Below are positions 1 to 11,360 of a DNA stretch of 64,000 nucleotides, piece by piece. Made by a program: the position numbers and the translations under genes. Source of the stretch: Octopus sinensis (taxonomy: Eukaryota); the NCBI RefSeq assembly GCF_006345805.1, contig NC_043001.1:67456001-67520000 (forward strand). The letters run 5' to 3'. The notes under the pieces were generated by a model. The model ran no database searches, was not told the origin of the DNA, and was given only the letters and a program-made list of their open reading frames with translations. The stretch's first letter is position 1, and each line of letters starts with the position of its first letter.

Positions 1-609
1 TGAATTTTGGCACAAGGGAGCGGGGCAGTAATTCGATTACATCAGCCTCCAATGCTCAAATGGTACTTGTTTTATCAACTCCTGACTGATAAAATGCAAA
101 GCAGAATTTGAACTTAGAATATAAGGATGAACAAAACCAGTTTCCTAACAATTCTGCCAGCTTGCTGCCATTAATACATAAATATAAAGTCAAACCAAGT
201 AATGTTTTACCCTTTCTAGCAACATCCTCTACCAATCTGTTAAGTGATTTAAAGGACAAATTCTTTCATACAGTTTATGTTTTGAAATGTATTAGCTGAG
301 GAAGGTGTAGTGTAAGAGATGAATTCTATTTTATCTGTTGCATAATGGTCTGAAAAGTACATATTAAATGTATTCAAAATATCATTTCTTGCTTTGACTT
401 TCAGATTATGTTACACAACTCCATACCAGTATCAGGTAGCCATTACTTACTCCATTTATACTGATACTTTAACAAAGATTTACAGAGGTTTGTTTCTACT
501 TCACTTGAGCTGGAAAATTCTGGAACATGCATCACTTCTAAGCATAATATAAAACACATATAGGTATATAGGTATAAAATTGATATCAAATTACCGAACC
601 AGGTATGTA

Positions 610-782
610 TCAAACTGCTGGACTACATCATGAAAGTTACAGAGAGATTTATAGTGTAATTGATTAGGAATGAAATTAATCTAGATGACATTCAGTTTGG
701 GTTTGTGCCTGAGAAGAGTACAACAGATGTCATCTTTCTAGTGAGACGGCTGCAGGAGAAGTATCTGGCTAAAAGTAAACTG
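610..782 (+). pseudogene. RTE-clade LINE reverse transcriptase fragment
   Basis: Translation ...DDIQFGFVPEKSTTDVIFLVRRLQEKYL matches the QFGF..G.STTDAIF.VRQLQEK motif of RTE-type RTs. Confidence 0.85.
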
Positions 783-861
783 TATGATAGAATTTGTCCT
801 TTAAATCACCTAACAGATAAGGAGAAGATGTTGCTAGAAGGGGTATGTATGTGTTTATATA

Positions 862-894
<33 letters not shown>

Positions 895-1827
895 ATGCCA
901 GCTTAATTTAATTCATCCTTAGTTGAAAGACACCTGTTGTTATGTCCTGTTATTTGTATTTGTGTAACTTACTCCATTTTTTCCATCCTTGTTTTTGTAT
1001 ACATTCGCTGTTTTCTCCCAAAGAATCTAATGCTCTTAGCTTAGTTTTTCCTTGGGGCTAGCCAGATTGGAGCAATTTCAAGTATAACCAGCCGAAATTG
1101 CAAAGATAATCAGGAACTCAACTGAGGAAAGAAAACTCCGAATGACCTGTCCTTGTTTTCTTTGTACTGTCTATCTGGATGTTTTGTTGTCCCTTTCTTG
1201 TATCACCTAACTGTCTGGATGTTTTGTGTTCTTGTCTCATTTTGTATTTATACAGACACACACACACACATATATATGTAGGTCTATATGTATATATATA
1301 TATATATATATATACAGAGATGTATATGTATATATATGTATTTATATCTATATGAAGATATATATACATATATATATATATATGTGTATATATATATACA
1401 TACATACATATATATGTATATATATATGTATATACATACATACATACATACATATATATGTATATATATGTATAGTTACATATTTGTTGTAATCTTTTGT
1501 GCCCAATATTTCAATGAGCCTGTTAAACTTTTTTATATTCTCAACATGCTCTTGTCACCAAAGAATGTATATTTATATGGATTGTAGTACTCTGTGTCAA
1601 CCAATATTCTGTGCATGTTTTAATATACAGATACAATACCAATACCAATATCAATTCCTTCTGGAAACTATCTTAAGCATATCCTTGAGAATGATTATTT
1701 ATGTAGTAATCTTTTGTGCCCAATATTTTAAGGAACTTGTTGAACTTCTTTATGTTACCAAAGACTGTATATATGTAATGTAGCAATTTGTAACAACCAA
1801 TAATTAACGCAACCAAACTTCTACATG

Positions 1828-1872
1828 TTACTTTTGACAATCTTTTTCCAAAGAGTGAAACCGGTAAAGTAA
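1828..1872 (+). ncRNA. Decayed minimal hammerhead ribozyme
   Basis: TTACTT-[TTGACAA]-TCTTT/AAAGA stem-GAAA-CCGG-TA-AAGTAA. Stem I is a perfect 6 bp and loop 3 is palindromic, but the core deviates from CTGANGA. Confidence 0.55.
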
Positions 1873-1950
1873 ATAAACATCTTTTAAATTGCATTTTCAA
1901 ACCTTCTTTCGTATATACATATATATATATGTATGTATATATACATATAT

Positions 1951-2043
<93 letters not shown>

Positions 2044-2148
2044 TAGAAAAAAATGAGGTAATCAGATCAGATGGTTCATATTTGTAGATATTTATTTATA
2101 TATTACATTTTTTACATATATATCATATCATTCAGATCATATCATTCG

Positions 2149-2187
2149 GATTAGCGCTTTCTCCCAATCTAGTGGGGTTTTCAAATC
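2149..2187 (-). ncRNA. Decayed minimal hammerhead ribozyme
   Basis: Minus strand reads GAT-TTGAAAA-CCCCA-ctagat-TGGGA-GAAA-GCGC-TA-ATC: all three stems and a palindromic GCGC loop, with two core substitutions. Confidence 0.5.
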
Positions 2188-2304
2188 AAATCAATTGTGG
2201 GGAGTTTGAACATTTTATAGTTTCGTAGTAGTGCGGAGGAATAAGATATAGTACAAGAGGGTGAGGAGGAAGTGAGACAGAGAAAACATGTGTGTATGTG
2301 TATG

Positions 2305-2346
<42 letters not shown>

Positions 2347-2548
2347 CGTTTATATCTGAGAGGGAAGAAGTGTTATTTCTGTTGGTCTACTGGACCTCCT
2401 GTGGTTTTATAAGAACTTGGCTCTGTCCATTTCGATGTCACTGAGTGTGTGTTGTGCGTAGGTTGGCCTGACAAATGTCATTTGGGGTCACACTTTCTAT
2501 GATCATTTTGTGGAGGTGTGTGTGTGTCTCTGTGTGTCCGTGTGTGTT

Positions 2549-2583
<35 letters not shown>

Positions 2584-2850
2584 CTCTGTGTGTTTGGAGA
2601 AGGGGAGAGAGACAAAAAGAGAAAAGGGAAAATAAAAATTTTTTTTAAAAATAAATAAAAAAATAAAAATATAAAAATAAAAAAAAAATAAAAATATATA
2701 AAAAATAAATAAAAATAAAAATAAAAATAAGGGAGGAAGTGGAGAAGAAAAAAATATTTTTGTGTGTTGATATTTATACCAATACATATATATACACACA
2801 CACAGACTTATACATAAAATATTTGAAAAAAACCTTTTTATCGGTCAAAA

Positions 2851-3620
2851 ATGAACAACCAAATTATACCATCTTGAAAATTGTATATCATAGGAAAGTT
2901 AAAATTAAAGTGACAATTAAAAGGTAAAGATGGAAGTGAATTATAAAGATAATAATATAATATGATGTATATAACAGGCAATACACATATCTATACACAC
3001 ACAGATATATATATATATATATACATATACACACACAGACATATACTAAATGTTCTACTATATTAGATTGTAAATCGAAATGAACAACCAAATTATACCA
3101 TCTTGAAAATTGTATATCATAGGAAAGTTAAAATTAAAGTGACAATTAAAAGGTAAAGATGGAAGTGAATTATAAAGATAATAATATAATATGATGTATA
3201 TAACAGGCAATACACATATCTATACACACACAAGATATATATATATATATACATATACACACACAGACATATACTAAATGTTCTACTATATTAGATTGTA
3301 AATCGAAAGATGCGTCCTTCAATGTCACTATATATATATATATACATGCTTACACATGAAATATTAGGGAAAAATCCACCTTCTAACGAATCAAAATGAA
3401 CAATCAAGTTACACCATCTTGAAAATTGCATATCATAGGAAGGTTAAAGTTAGAATGACAATTGGCGAGTAAAGATCAAGTAAATTGCAAAAACAATATA
3501 ATGTATGTAACAGATAACGTATACACACACACACCTATATATATACACACACACATATATTAAATGTTCCACTGTATCATATTGTAAATTGAAAAAAATT
3601 TTTTGTCCTTCAATGTATGT
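2851..3620. repeat. 229-bp tandem duplication plus a third diverged copy
   Basis: The unit starting ATGAACAACCAAATTATACC occurs at 2851 and 3080 (near identical), with a diverged copy at 3396. Confidence 0.9.
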
Positions 3621-3892
3621 TGAGTAAAGTTTCAGCCATTTAATTTGGGGGAGAACTTAGCTATGAAATGTTTTTCCAGGTGTATTATACGTGCCACCGG
3701 CACGGAAACCAGTCAAGGTGGCGCTGGCATCAGCCACGAGTCGGATAGTGCTTTTTACGTACCACCAGACCAGGGATCCTGCCTGGTTCAATTCGATTTC
3801 GATTTCGCTTGCCCCAACATGTCTTCGCAAGCAAAGGGGGTTGGCATGGGTGCCTGTCATCGGATGAGGTTCTATATCGACTTCGCTTGCTT

Positions 3893-4143
3893 CAACAGAT
3901 ATATATATATATATATGTATGTGTGTGTATATGTTTGTGTGTCTGTGTTTGTCCCCCAACATCACTTGACAATTGATGCAGGCGTGTTTACGTCCCCGTA
4001 ACTTAGCGGTTCGGCAAAAGAGACCGATAGAATAAGTACTAGGCTTACAAAGAATAAGTCCTGGGGTTAATTTCTTCAACTAAAGGCAGTGCTCCAGCAT
4101 GGCCACAGTCAAATGACTGAAACAAGTAAAAGAGTAAAGAGTA
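3893..4143 (+). mobile_element. 3' part of an abundant SINE (family B here)
   Basis: ...GTAACTTAGCGGTTCGGCAAAAGAGACCGATAGAATAAGTAC...GACTGAAACAAGTAAAAGAG. Related sequence at 5658-5800, 52440-52790 (-) and 63758-64000. Confidence 0.8.
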
Positions 4144-4303
4144 ACATTACTTCCCATGATAATTTGATATTATGCAGTTGAGGTTATTTCAGAAATTCTC
4201 ATTTTAAAAACCATCTCTGGCTAATCGTTGAAAGGATGTTGGTGTTGCCTTGGCAGATGTTTGCGCTCTCTGAGTGTTCATTATTATTATTATTATTTTT
4301 ATT

Positions 4304-4850
4304 GAGTGAGAGAGCAGTGTATGCCATCAAAGTGACACTGGGGTAAAATATACAAAGCCCAGTATACCCATCATCACTACCTGTCTGATAAGAGTACACT
4401 AGGCACATGCATCACAACCATATGTGCGCGACATGATGATCTCATATAAATATAAATAGCATATGACCTTGCAGGTGGGGCCCAGTTAGAATTTTCTTCT
4501 GGTCAAGTAACCCATTTCACTCAAAAGGTCCCTGAATAAGGGTTGTTTAAGGATATTGAATAAAACACCCATGTTTCCAAAGGTGAATTATTCAAACCCC
4601 ATAGAATCCCTCTCAACACATGGCTATGATGCTCCCCCACTACTTCTGCTCGTGAACAGAGATGTACTTATTGTCAGCCACTAAGGGACATGCTCAACTG
4701 GTTAAGGTCAAACAACTGACAAACAAATCTGTGGTATTGAGCTGAATATTTGCTGTAGCCCATCTTTTATACCATCTTTTATACCATCTTAACTCCCAAT
4801 CAGTTAAGATCAGAAGCCATGAGAGCCACTGCCTGGTACTGCATCAGGGC
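4304..4850. mobile_element. ~555-bp (ATT)n-flanked unclassified element, copy 1
   Basis: GAGTGAGAGAGCAGTG...GCATCAGGGC between ATT runs; highly similar to the copies at 4924, 8220 and 12100. Confidence 0.85.
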
Positions 4851-4860
4851 TATTATTTTT

Positions 4861-4916
<56 letters not shown>

Positions 4917-4923
4917 CATTATT

Positions 4924-5476
4924 GAGTGAGAGAGCAGTTCATGCCATCAAAGTGACACTGGGGTGAAATATACGAAGCCCAATATACCCATCATGACTAC
5001 CCGTCTGATAAAGGTACACCAGGCACATGCATCACAACCATATGTGCGCGACATGGTGATCTCATATCAAGATAAACAGCACATGACCTTGCAGGTGAGG
5101 CCCAGTTAGAATTTTCTTCAGGTTGAGTAGCCCATCCCGCTCAAACGGTCCCTGAATAAGGGTTGTTTAAGGATGTTGAAAGAACCACCCATGTTTCCAG
5201 AGGTGAACTATTCAAACCCCAAAGAATCCCTCTCAACACATGGCTATGATGCTCCCCCACTACTTCTGCTCGTGATCAGAGATGCACATATCGTCAGCCA
5301 ATAAGGGACATGCTCAACTGGTTAAGGTCAACAACTGACAAGCAAATCTGTGGTATTGAGCAGAATATTTACTGTAGCCCATCTTTTATACCAAGACAAA
5401 ACAATGTACATGATAACACTTGCAATCAGTTAAGATCAGAAGCCATGAGAGCCACTGCCCGGTACTGCATCAGGGC
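4924..5476. mobile_element. ~555-bp (ATT)n-flanked unclassified element, copy 2
   Basis: Head-to-tail with copy 1, separated only by an (ATT)n tract and followed by another (ATT)n. Confidence 0.85.
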
Positions 5477-5539
<63 letters not shown>

Positions 5540-5946
5540 CATTATTATTATTAATAATAAAAAAGCAGCAAGGTGGCAGAATCATTAACATACTGGATGA
5601 AATGCTTAGTGGTATTTCACTCATTGCTCTGATCTGAGTTCAAATTCTGCCAAGGTCAACTTAGCGGTTCGGCAAAAGAGACCGATAGAATAAGTATTAG
5701 GCTTACAAAGAATAAGTCCTGGGGTTAATTTCTTCAACTAAAGGCAGTGCTCCAGCATAGACACAGTCAAATGACTGAAACAAGTAAAAGAGTAAAGAGT
5801 AACATTACTTCCCATGATAATTTGATATTATGCAGTTGAGGTTATTTCAGAAATTCTCATTTTAAAAACCATCTCTGGCTAATCGTTGATGTGAAATTGA
5901 CAAATGTTTTGATAGATTGCAGTGCCAAACACATTCTTGCCCTGAC

Positions 5947-6210
5947 AAAACTTGAAGTGTTAAACACTAGAAAACTTGGAGTGTTCTTTGATGAAAACTT
6001 GGAGTGCTACTTCAAGAACCTATAGTGTTATCTCATACAGATATTGAAATGTTTTTCTACACAAATCCTTGAATGCTATTCTACAAAGGTCTTGGAGTGT
6101 TATTCTACGCAAATCCTTTAGTGGTATTCCACATAAATCTTGGTATGTTAATCTACACAGATCTTGGAGTGATATTCTATACAGATACTACAGGGGTTAT
6201 TCTATATGAG
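5947..6210. repeat. Diverged ~24-bp minisatellite
   Basis: Recurrent CTTGGAGTGTTATTCTACACAAAT-like units. Confidence 0.65.
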
Positions 6211-6984
6211 ATTATACAACAAATCACTGATTGATATCAAAATCTTTTTATAATGTAAGTTGGTAAAAATCGATTATAGTTGCTGTATGATGTTTTTCAG
6301 AGGAAAGTAGGAAACATAAATAGACATTACAACTGTTAATCTACTTAACTATATAATAACCTGACAAAAATCAGTTTTATTGAAGCAAATACATTTTACA
6401 TGCTTCTACCAAGATATTTTTTTTCAAGTAGTTCAACCGTTCTGAAGTGTATTGACATCTTGCAAATATATGATCAACTTGCTAAAAATATCAGCTGAAT
6501 CTGCCTTAAGTCACACTCTGATGACCAGTAAGAAACAAACTAATACAGGAAGCACATATTCAATAATGCAGTGATATATATATATATATATTATATATAT
6601 ATATATATATATATTCAATAATATATATATACAGTGTATATATATATACGATAATTTAGTGCTATGTACAATCTGTAGCAGTATAGACACTCTGCAGCAT
6701 AATATACACTCTGTATCTTATTCAAGAAGAGATGTTCATGGTTGGAAGATCTTTTATCATTGGTTTGCTTTATCAGGGTTGACTGCAAATATATAACAGC
6801 AACTGCAACAATAACATGTTATGGTAACTTGCCATAAGTAATGCTCCAATACTTGGGATGGAATATTGTTTCATAAAACTGACTTTTGACTTTTTGTTTT
6901 GTCTTCAAGTAAATCAATTTATTTCAAAATGTATTTATTGCTCCAGCACTCGTGAACTCTGAAATATGTATGTATATATGCATG

Positions 6985-7028
<44 letters not shown>

Positions 7029-7283
7029 CATACAATTTTAAAATAGGATAAAATCTTTATAAGAATTTATCAAGTAGTTAGATTGAAAAACCTCATAAGA
7101 GAAAAATCCACCAATTTTTCTCTTAAATATATTTATTTATATTATACATAGGGCATTACTATACATAAACGCCACACTCTAAGAGGGACTCTTAAAGTCA
7201 AAACTACCAAAATAAATAAAAACATCATACTGAAAGCGAGGGAATGCAACTCTCAAAGCTAACCACTTAAAACAGAATTCAGC

Positions 7284-7340
7284 TGCAAATCACATGATTT
7301 TATAATTAGTGCAGAAATACACTTTTTAATCATCAGTGCA
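7284..7340 (-). ncRNA. Hammerhead ribozyme with a G12A core substitution
   Basis: TGCA-CTGATGA-TTAAAAAGTGTATTTCTGCACTAATTAT-AAAA-TC-ATGT-GA-TT-TGCA. Stems I, II and III are present, with AAAA in place of GAAA. Confidence 0.6.
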
Positions 7341-7778
7341 TGCATAATTCAAGATTTATAATGAATGAACAAAAATTAACATACCAGACGAACAACCAAT
7401 GTATCCAACGTAGTATATAGAAATGTTCACCCTTTATACATCTATGTAAATGGTGGGCTTTTACGAATTGCATCTCAGTATAATGTGTTTATTCGGAATA
7501 AAAATTCATTACCAAATATACGTCAGTTAAATTTACAATTTAAAAATAAGATAAAATCTTTATAAGAATTTATCAAGTAGTTAGCATGAAAAACCTCATA
7601 AGAGAAAAATCCACCAATTTTTCTCTTAAATCTATTTATTTATATTATATATAGGGCATTACTATACATAAGTGCCACATGCTAGGAGGGACTTTTAAAG
7701 TCAAAACTACCAAAATAAATAAACACATCGTACAGAAAGCGAGGGAATGCAACTCTCAAAGCTAACCACTCTCGAAGC

Positions 7779-7831
7779 TGTAAATCGCATGATTTCATAA
7801 TTAGTTCAGAAATGCACTTTTTAATCGTCAT
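7779..7831 (-). ncRNA. Hammerhead ribozyme truncated at the core (C3A, stem I lost)
   Basis: ATGACGA-TTAAAAAGTGCATTTCTGAACTAATTAT-GAAA-TC-ATGC-GA-TT-TACA; paralogue of 7284-7340. Confidence 0.55.
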
Positions 7832-8219
7832 ATAATATATAATATAATATAGAAGAATCCAATGCATCACCCAGTCTAGGAATTGAAATCACGATCTACC
7901 AATCTACTCTAACCCTAGGCCATGCACCATCAATAATAATAATAACAATAATAGTAATAATAATAATAACAATGGTTTCAAATTTAGGCACAAGGCCAGC
8001 AATTTTAAGGGAGAGGGTAAGTCAATTAGATTGACTCCAGTGTTCAACTGATACATATTTTATCTACCCTGAAGGGATGAAAGGCAAAGTTGACCTCAGC
8101 AGAATTTGAGCTCAAAATGTAAAGACAGATGAAATGCCTCTAAGCATTTTACCTGGGATGCTGGTGATTCTGCTGGCTTCCTACTTTAATATTAATAATA
8201 ATAATAATAATAATAATAA

Positions 8220-8730
8220 TTGGAAGTGTTATCATGTACATTGTTTTGTCTTGGTATAAAAGATGGGCTACAGTAAATATTCTGCTCAATACCACAGATT
8301 TGCTTGTCAGTTGTTTGACCTTAACCAGTTGAGCATGTCCCTTAGTGGCTGACGATATGTGCATATGTGCATCTCTGATCACGAGCAGAAGTAGTGGGGG
8401 AGCATCATAGCCATGTGTTGAGAGGGATTCTTTGGGGTTTGAATAATTCACCTCTGGAAACAGGGGTGTTTCGTTCAACATCCTTAAACAACCCTTATTC
8501 AGGGACCTTTTGAGCAGGATGGGCTACTCGACCAGAACAAAATTCTAACTGGGCCCCACCTGCAAGCTCATGTGCTGTTTATCTTGATATGAGATCGCCA
8601 TGTCGTGCACATATGGTTGTGATGTATGTGCCTGGTGTACCCTTATCAGACGGGTAGTCATGATGGGTATATCGGGCTTCGTATATTTTACCCCAGTGTC
8701 ACTTTGATGGCATGCACTGCTCTATCACTC
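8220..8730. mobile_element. ~555-bp (TAA)n-flanked element, copy 3, inverted relative to the others and missing ~45 bp at one end
   Basis: Reverse complement of copies 2 and 4, with (AAT)n on both sides. Confidence 0.85.
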
Positions 8731-8770
8731 AATAATAATAATAATAATAATAATATAATAATAATAATAA

Positions 8771-8897
8771 GAAGAAGAAGAAGAAGAGAAGAAGAAGAAG
8801 AGAAGAAGAAGAAGAAGAAGAAGAAGAAGAAGAAGAAGAAGAAGAAGAAGGAGAAGAAGAAGAAGAAGAAGAAGAAGAAGAAGAAGAAGAAGAAGAA
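8771..8897 (+). repeat. (GAA)n polypurine tract
   Basis: About 125 bp of near-pure GAA directly following (AAT)n. Confidence 0.95.
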
Positions 8898-8999
8898 TGA
8901 TGATAATAATAATATTCTGCTTGTTCTTGTCTGCCTTTTCTGTGTGTTACGCTTATGTCATTAAGACAAGTTATAACTCAAATGCAGAAATATTTATAT

Positions 9000-9041
9000 A
9001 CTAGCTTAAAAGCCACTCTATCGGGTGGCTTTTAAGCTAGT
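9000..9041. repeat. Perfect 17-bp-arm palindrome (ACTAGC...GCTAGT hairpin)
   Basis: ACTAGCTTAAAAGCCAC-tctatcgg-GTGGCTTTTAAGCTAGT. Confidence 0.95.
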
Positions 9042-9701
9042 TCCTGTGGAGGGCTCTTCATTGGGCCTTGGGCCCAACAATGACACTTCATGCATTGAAT
9101 ACATATTAAATTTTATTAAACTTATTAAACAATATTTTTCAAGCAATGAACAATTTTCATCAAAACAATGATATTATTTGTCAACTTGGAACTTATTGCA
9201 AAGCTGCATGATAAACAACAGTACCACCACCATCGTCACCACATCTGCCATACACACCATTCAGACTTCTGACGCCACCACCATCAGTACATTTGACTTC
9301 ATTGCCTTCCCCTCCACCACCATCACCTCTGTCTTTCACATTGCTTTCTCTCACCGTCATCCTTGACCACCTTGGCTACCACCACTACCAACACCACCAC
9401 TACCAACACCACCACTACCAATATCATCACTCCTATCACAACTACAGCTCATACTATTACTATCACCCCATTACCATCAGTGTTCAGTCCCTGTTTCTCT
9501 CACATACTCACTCTTTCTCTCTCTCTCTCTCTTATTATTACTTCCACTACCACCATCAACACTACTACTTTTAATAAAACATCATCAACTCTCCCTAAAT
9601 TTCTTTGTCTCTCTTTCTCCCCCCCTCTCTCTCTCTATTTGTCTTCACCACTGCCCTCACTGTATTTATGCCTGCTATTAATCTCACCCTAACATGAGCA
9701 A

Positions 9702-10654
9702 TCGTAGAAGTATCATTGAATACTGAGAGAAGGGGGTCAAAGCATGACACACTGACACACAGAAATTAGAATGTTTAAGAGAAGATTTATTGATATGTTA
9801 ACATGTGATTGTGTGTGTGTCGTATATACAGAATAATAGGCAGGCCGTCATAAGAATAAGATGTATGCATGTGTATGTAGGCATAGATGTATGCCTGTTA
9901 AGAACCTATAAGGATGGTGATGAAGAAGAGACAGTGAAAGAGTCTATAATCAAAGTGAGGAGTAAGTTCATAGACACAAGAATGATAAATACCAGTTTGT
10001 AGTCAATTGTACACAATAGTTGAAATACTGTATCAAGAAGTTGCGGCAATGATGCAGAGCCAGTTGTGGTACATGTCGTACGTGAAGTTGTGGCTGTGAT
10101 GCTGCTGCCTAGTCACTTGGTACAGGAGTTCTCGCAGGTTGTATATTTGCTGTTGGTCCATGGTGAAGTAATTCATGAACAGTGGAGTGTTGGAACCTGG
10201 GTGAGTTGCTTGTTGAGTTGTGTACGTAGAGAGATGTTGGCGTTAGGACGATGATGGCAACGGAGATGGAGGTTGCCGAATGCTGTTGGACGAAGTTGGT
10301 GAGTCTCCATGTGGCTGCTGTTATGTTGTTGCTGGAACTGGCTGTGATTTGTGTGGTCAGTGGCTAGACCTTAAAAGGTCTGGAACCGAAAGACCTCGAG
10401 ATGAGGAGAAGCTGGGTTTTTATAAGGAGTTGTAGGCTCAAAACTGAATTGAGAACAGGCTGTCACACGTGACCTTATTTAGGGGCTTCGATTGGTGCAA
10501 CAGAGTAAGAGACAAATTGCGCCAATACTAACCAATCAGAGTAGTGGACACAATGGGGTCCAAAATGCAGTCAAAGGCTAGCTGTTATCTACTATGTTCG
10601 TATGCGTGTATATATAATAGAGAGGAATAGAATTTCACTCGAGTGTACACTACA
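9702..10654 (-). mobile_element. Probable solo LTR of an LTR retrotransposon
   Basis: Minus strand begins TGTAGTG, then three CCAAT boxes, CACGTG, TATAAAAA (10417-10424), a C/A-rich body and AATAAA (9786-9791), ending ...CTACGA. No TSD found; the left boundary is uncertain. Confidence 0.5.
10417..10536 (-). promoter_or_regulatory. Pol II promoter-like cluster (CCAAT x3, E-box, TATA) inside the putative LTR
   Basis: CCAAT/ATTGG at 10491, 10522 and 10532, CACGTG at 10466-10471, and TATAAAAA on the minus strand. Confidence 0.45.
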
Positions 10655-11139
10655 AGTTTGTTTCAATGCTTAATGGTATTATGAAAATAAGCATACATAT
10701 ACACATAGTCTGAAGGGAAAGTAAATATGATAGTTAATTAGACAGACACACACACAAATAGGCAGGTAGGTAGGTAGGTGAGCCTACTGACACATCAGAA
10801 GTTATGCAAATAGAAAGATTTATTAATAGATATACAAATAACTAAATTGCTGAATTGAAGTGAAAGGAAAAGTAAAAGAAATATTCTCTGTTGGCAAATA
10901 ACTTGGACTGAGCTATGTTGGTGGTTGAACTGTGAATAGCATTGTCTGTTTATATATTTTTTTAATCCCCTTCCTTAACACATGTGCTTTAATGCAATTA
11001 ATTATTGTCTGCTCAATTGAAACATTTGTTTATAAAATATGTACATTGACAGACAACATTAGCTAAAAAGAAAAACAATGAAAAGGATTATATTTTCAAA
11101 AAATAAACATGTACGACATGTATGCTGTGTCAGCATTCG

Positions 11140-11306
11140 CAATAATTGCATTGAAGCCACTTCAATAACAGGTGCACAAGAAGGAATACACTTCCAAATA
11201 CCTCATATGAAGCTGGCTGCAGATGACTCCAGCTTTCAATTCATTTTGGAACGAGTCCAGTTTCCCGTAAGGTTGACCTACTCTCTGGCAATATATAAGG
11301 GACAGG
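11140..11306 (+). pseudogene. Helitron RepHel PIF1-type helicase C-terminal fragment
   Basis: IEATSITG...IPHMKL...FQFILERVQFPVRLTYSLAIYKGQ resembles the R.QFP..L.FA.TI.KSQGQ helicase motif region. Confidence 0.8.
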
Positions 11307-11360
11307 CAGTGGCGGACTGGCCAGGTTGTTAGCTTGCCCGATGGCAAGTGGGCCCTTTAA
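11307..11360 (+). mobile_element. Possible hAT-type transposon terminus
   Basis: CAGTGGCGGACTGGCC... begins exactly where the helicase reading stops. No partner TIR or TSD was found. Confidence 0.35.

Larger units (their letters stand above)
7032..7831 (-). mobile_element. Tandem ~300-bp direct repeats (period ~500 bp), Penelope pLTR/retrozyme-like, each carrying a hammerhead
   Basis: 7032-7340 and 7536-7831 are near-identical copies, each ending in a hammerhead motif on the minus strand. The array starts at a (TA)n run. Confidence 0.65.

Noticed and set aside
1121-1152. CTGAGGA...CGAATGACCTGTC hammerhead-like string
   Set aside because: No closing stem II pair and GAAT instead of GAAA, so the fold cannot be built.
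6518-6550. CTGATGA-CCAGTAA-GAAAC
   Set aside because: Both core halves are present but there is no stem II, III or I pairing; probably chance.
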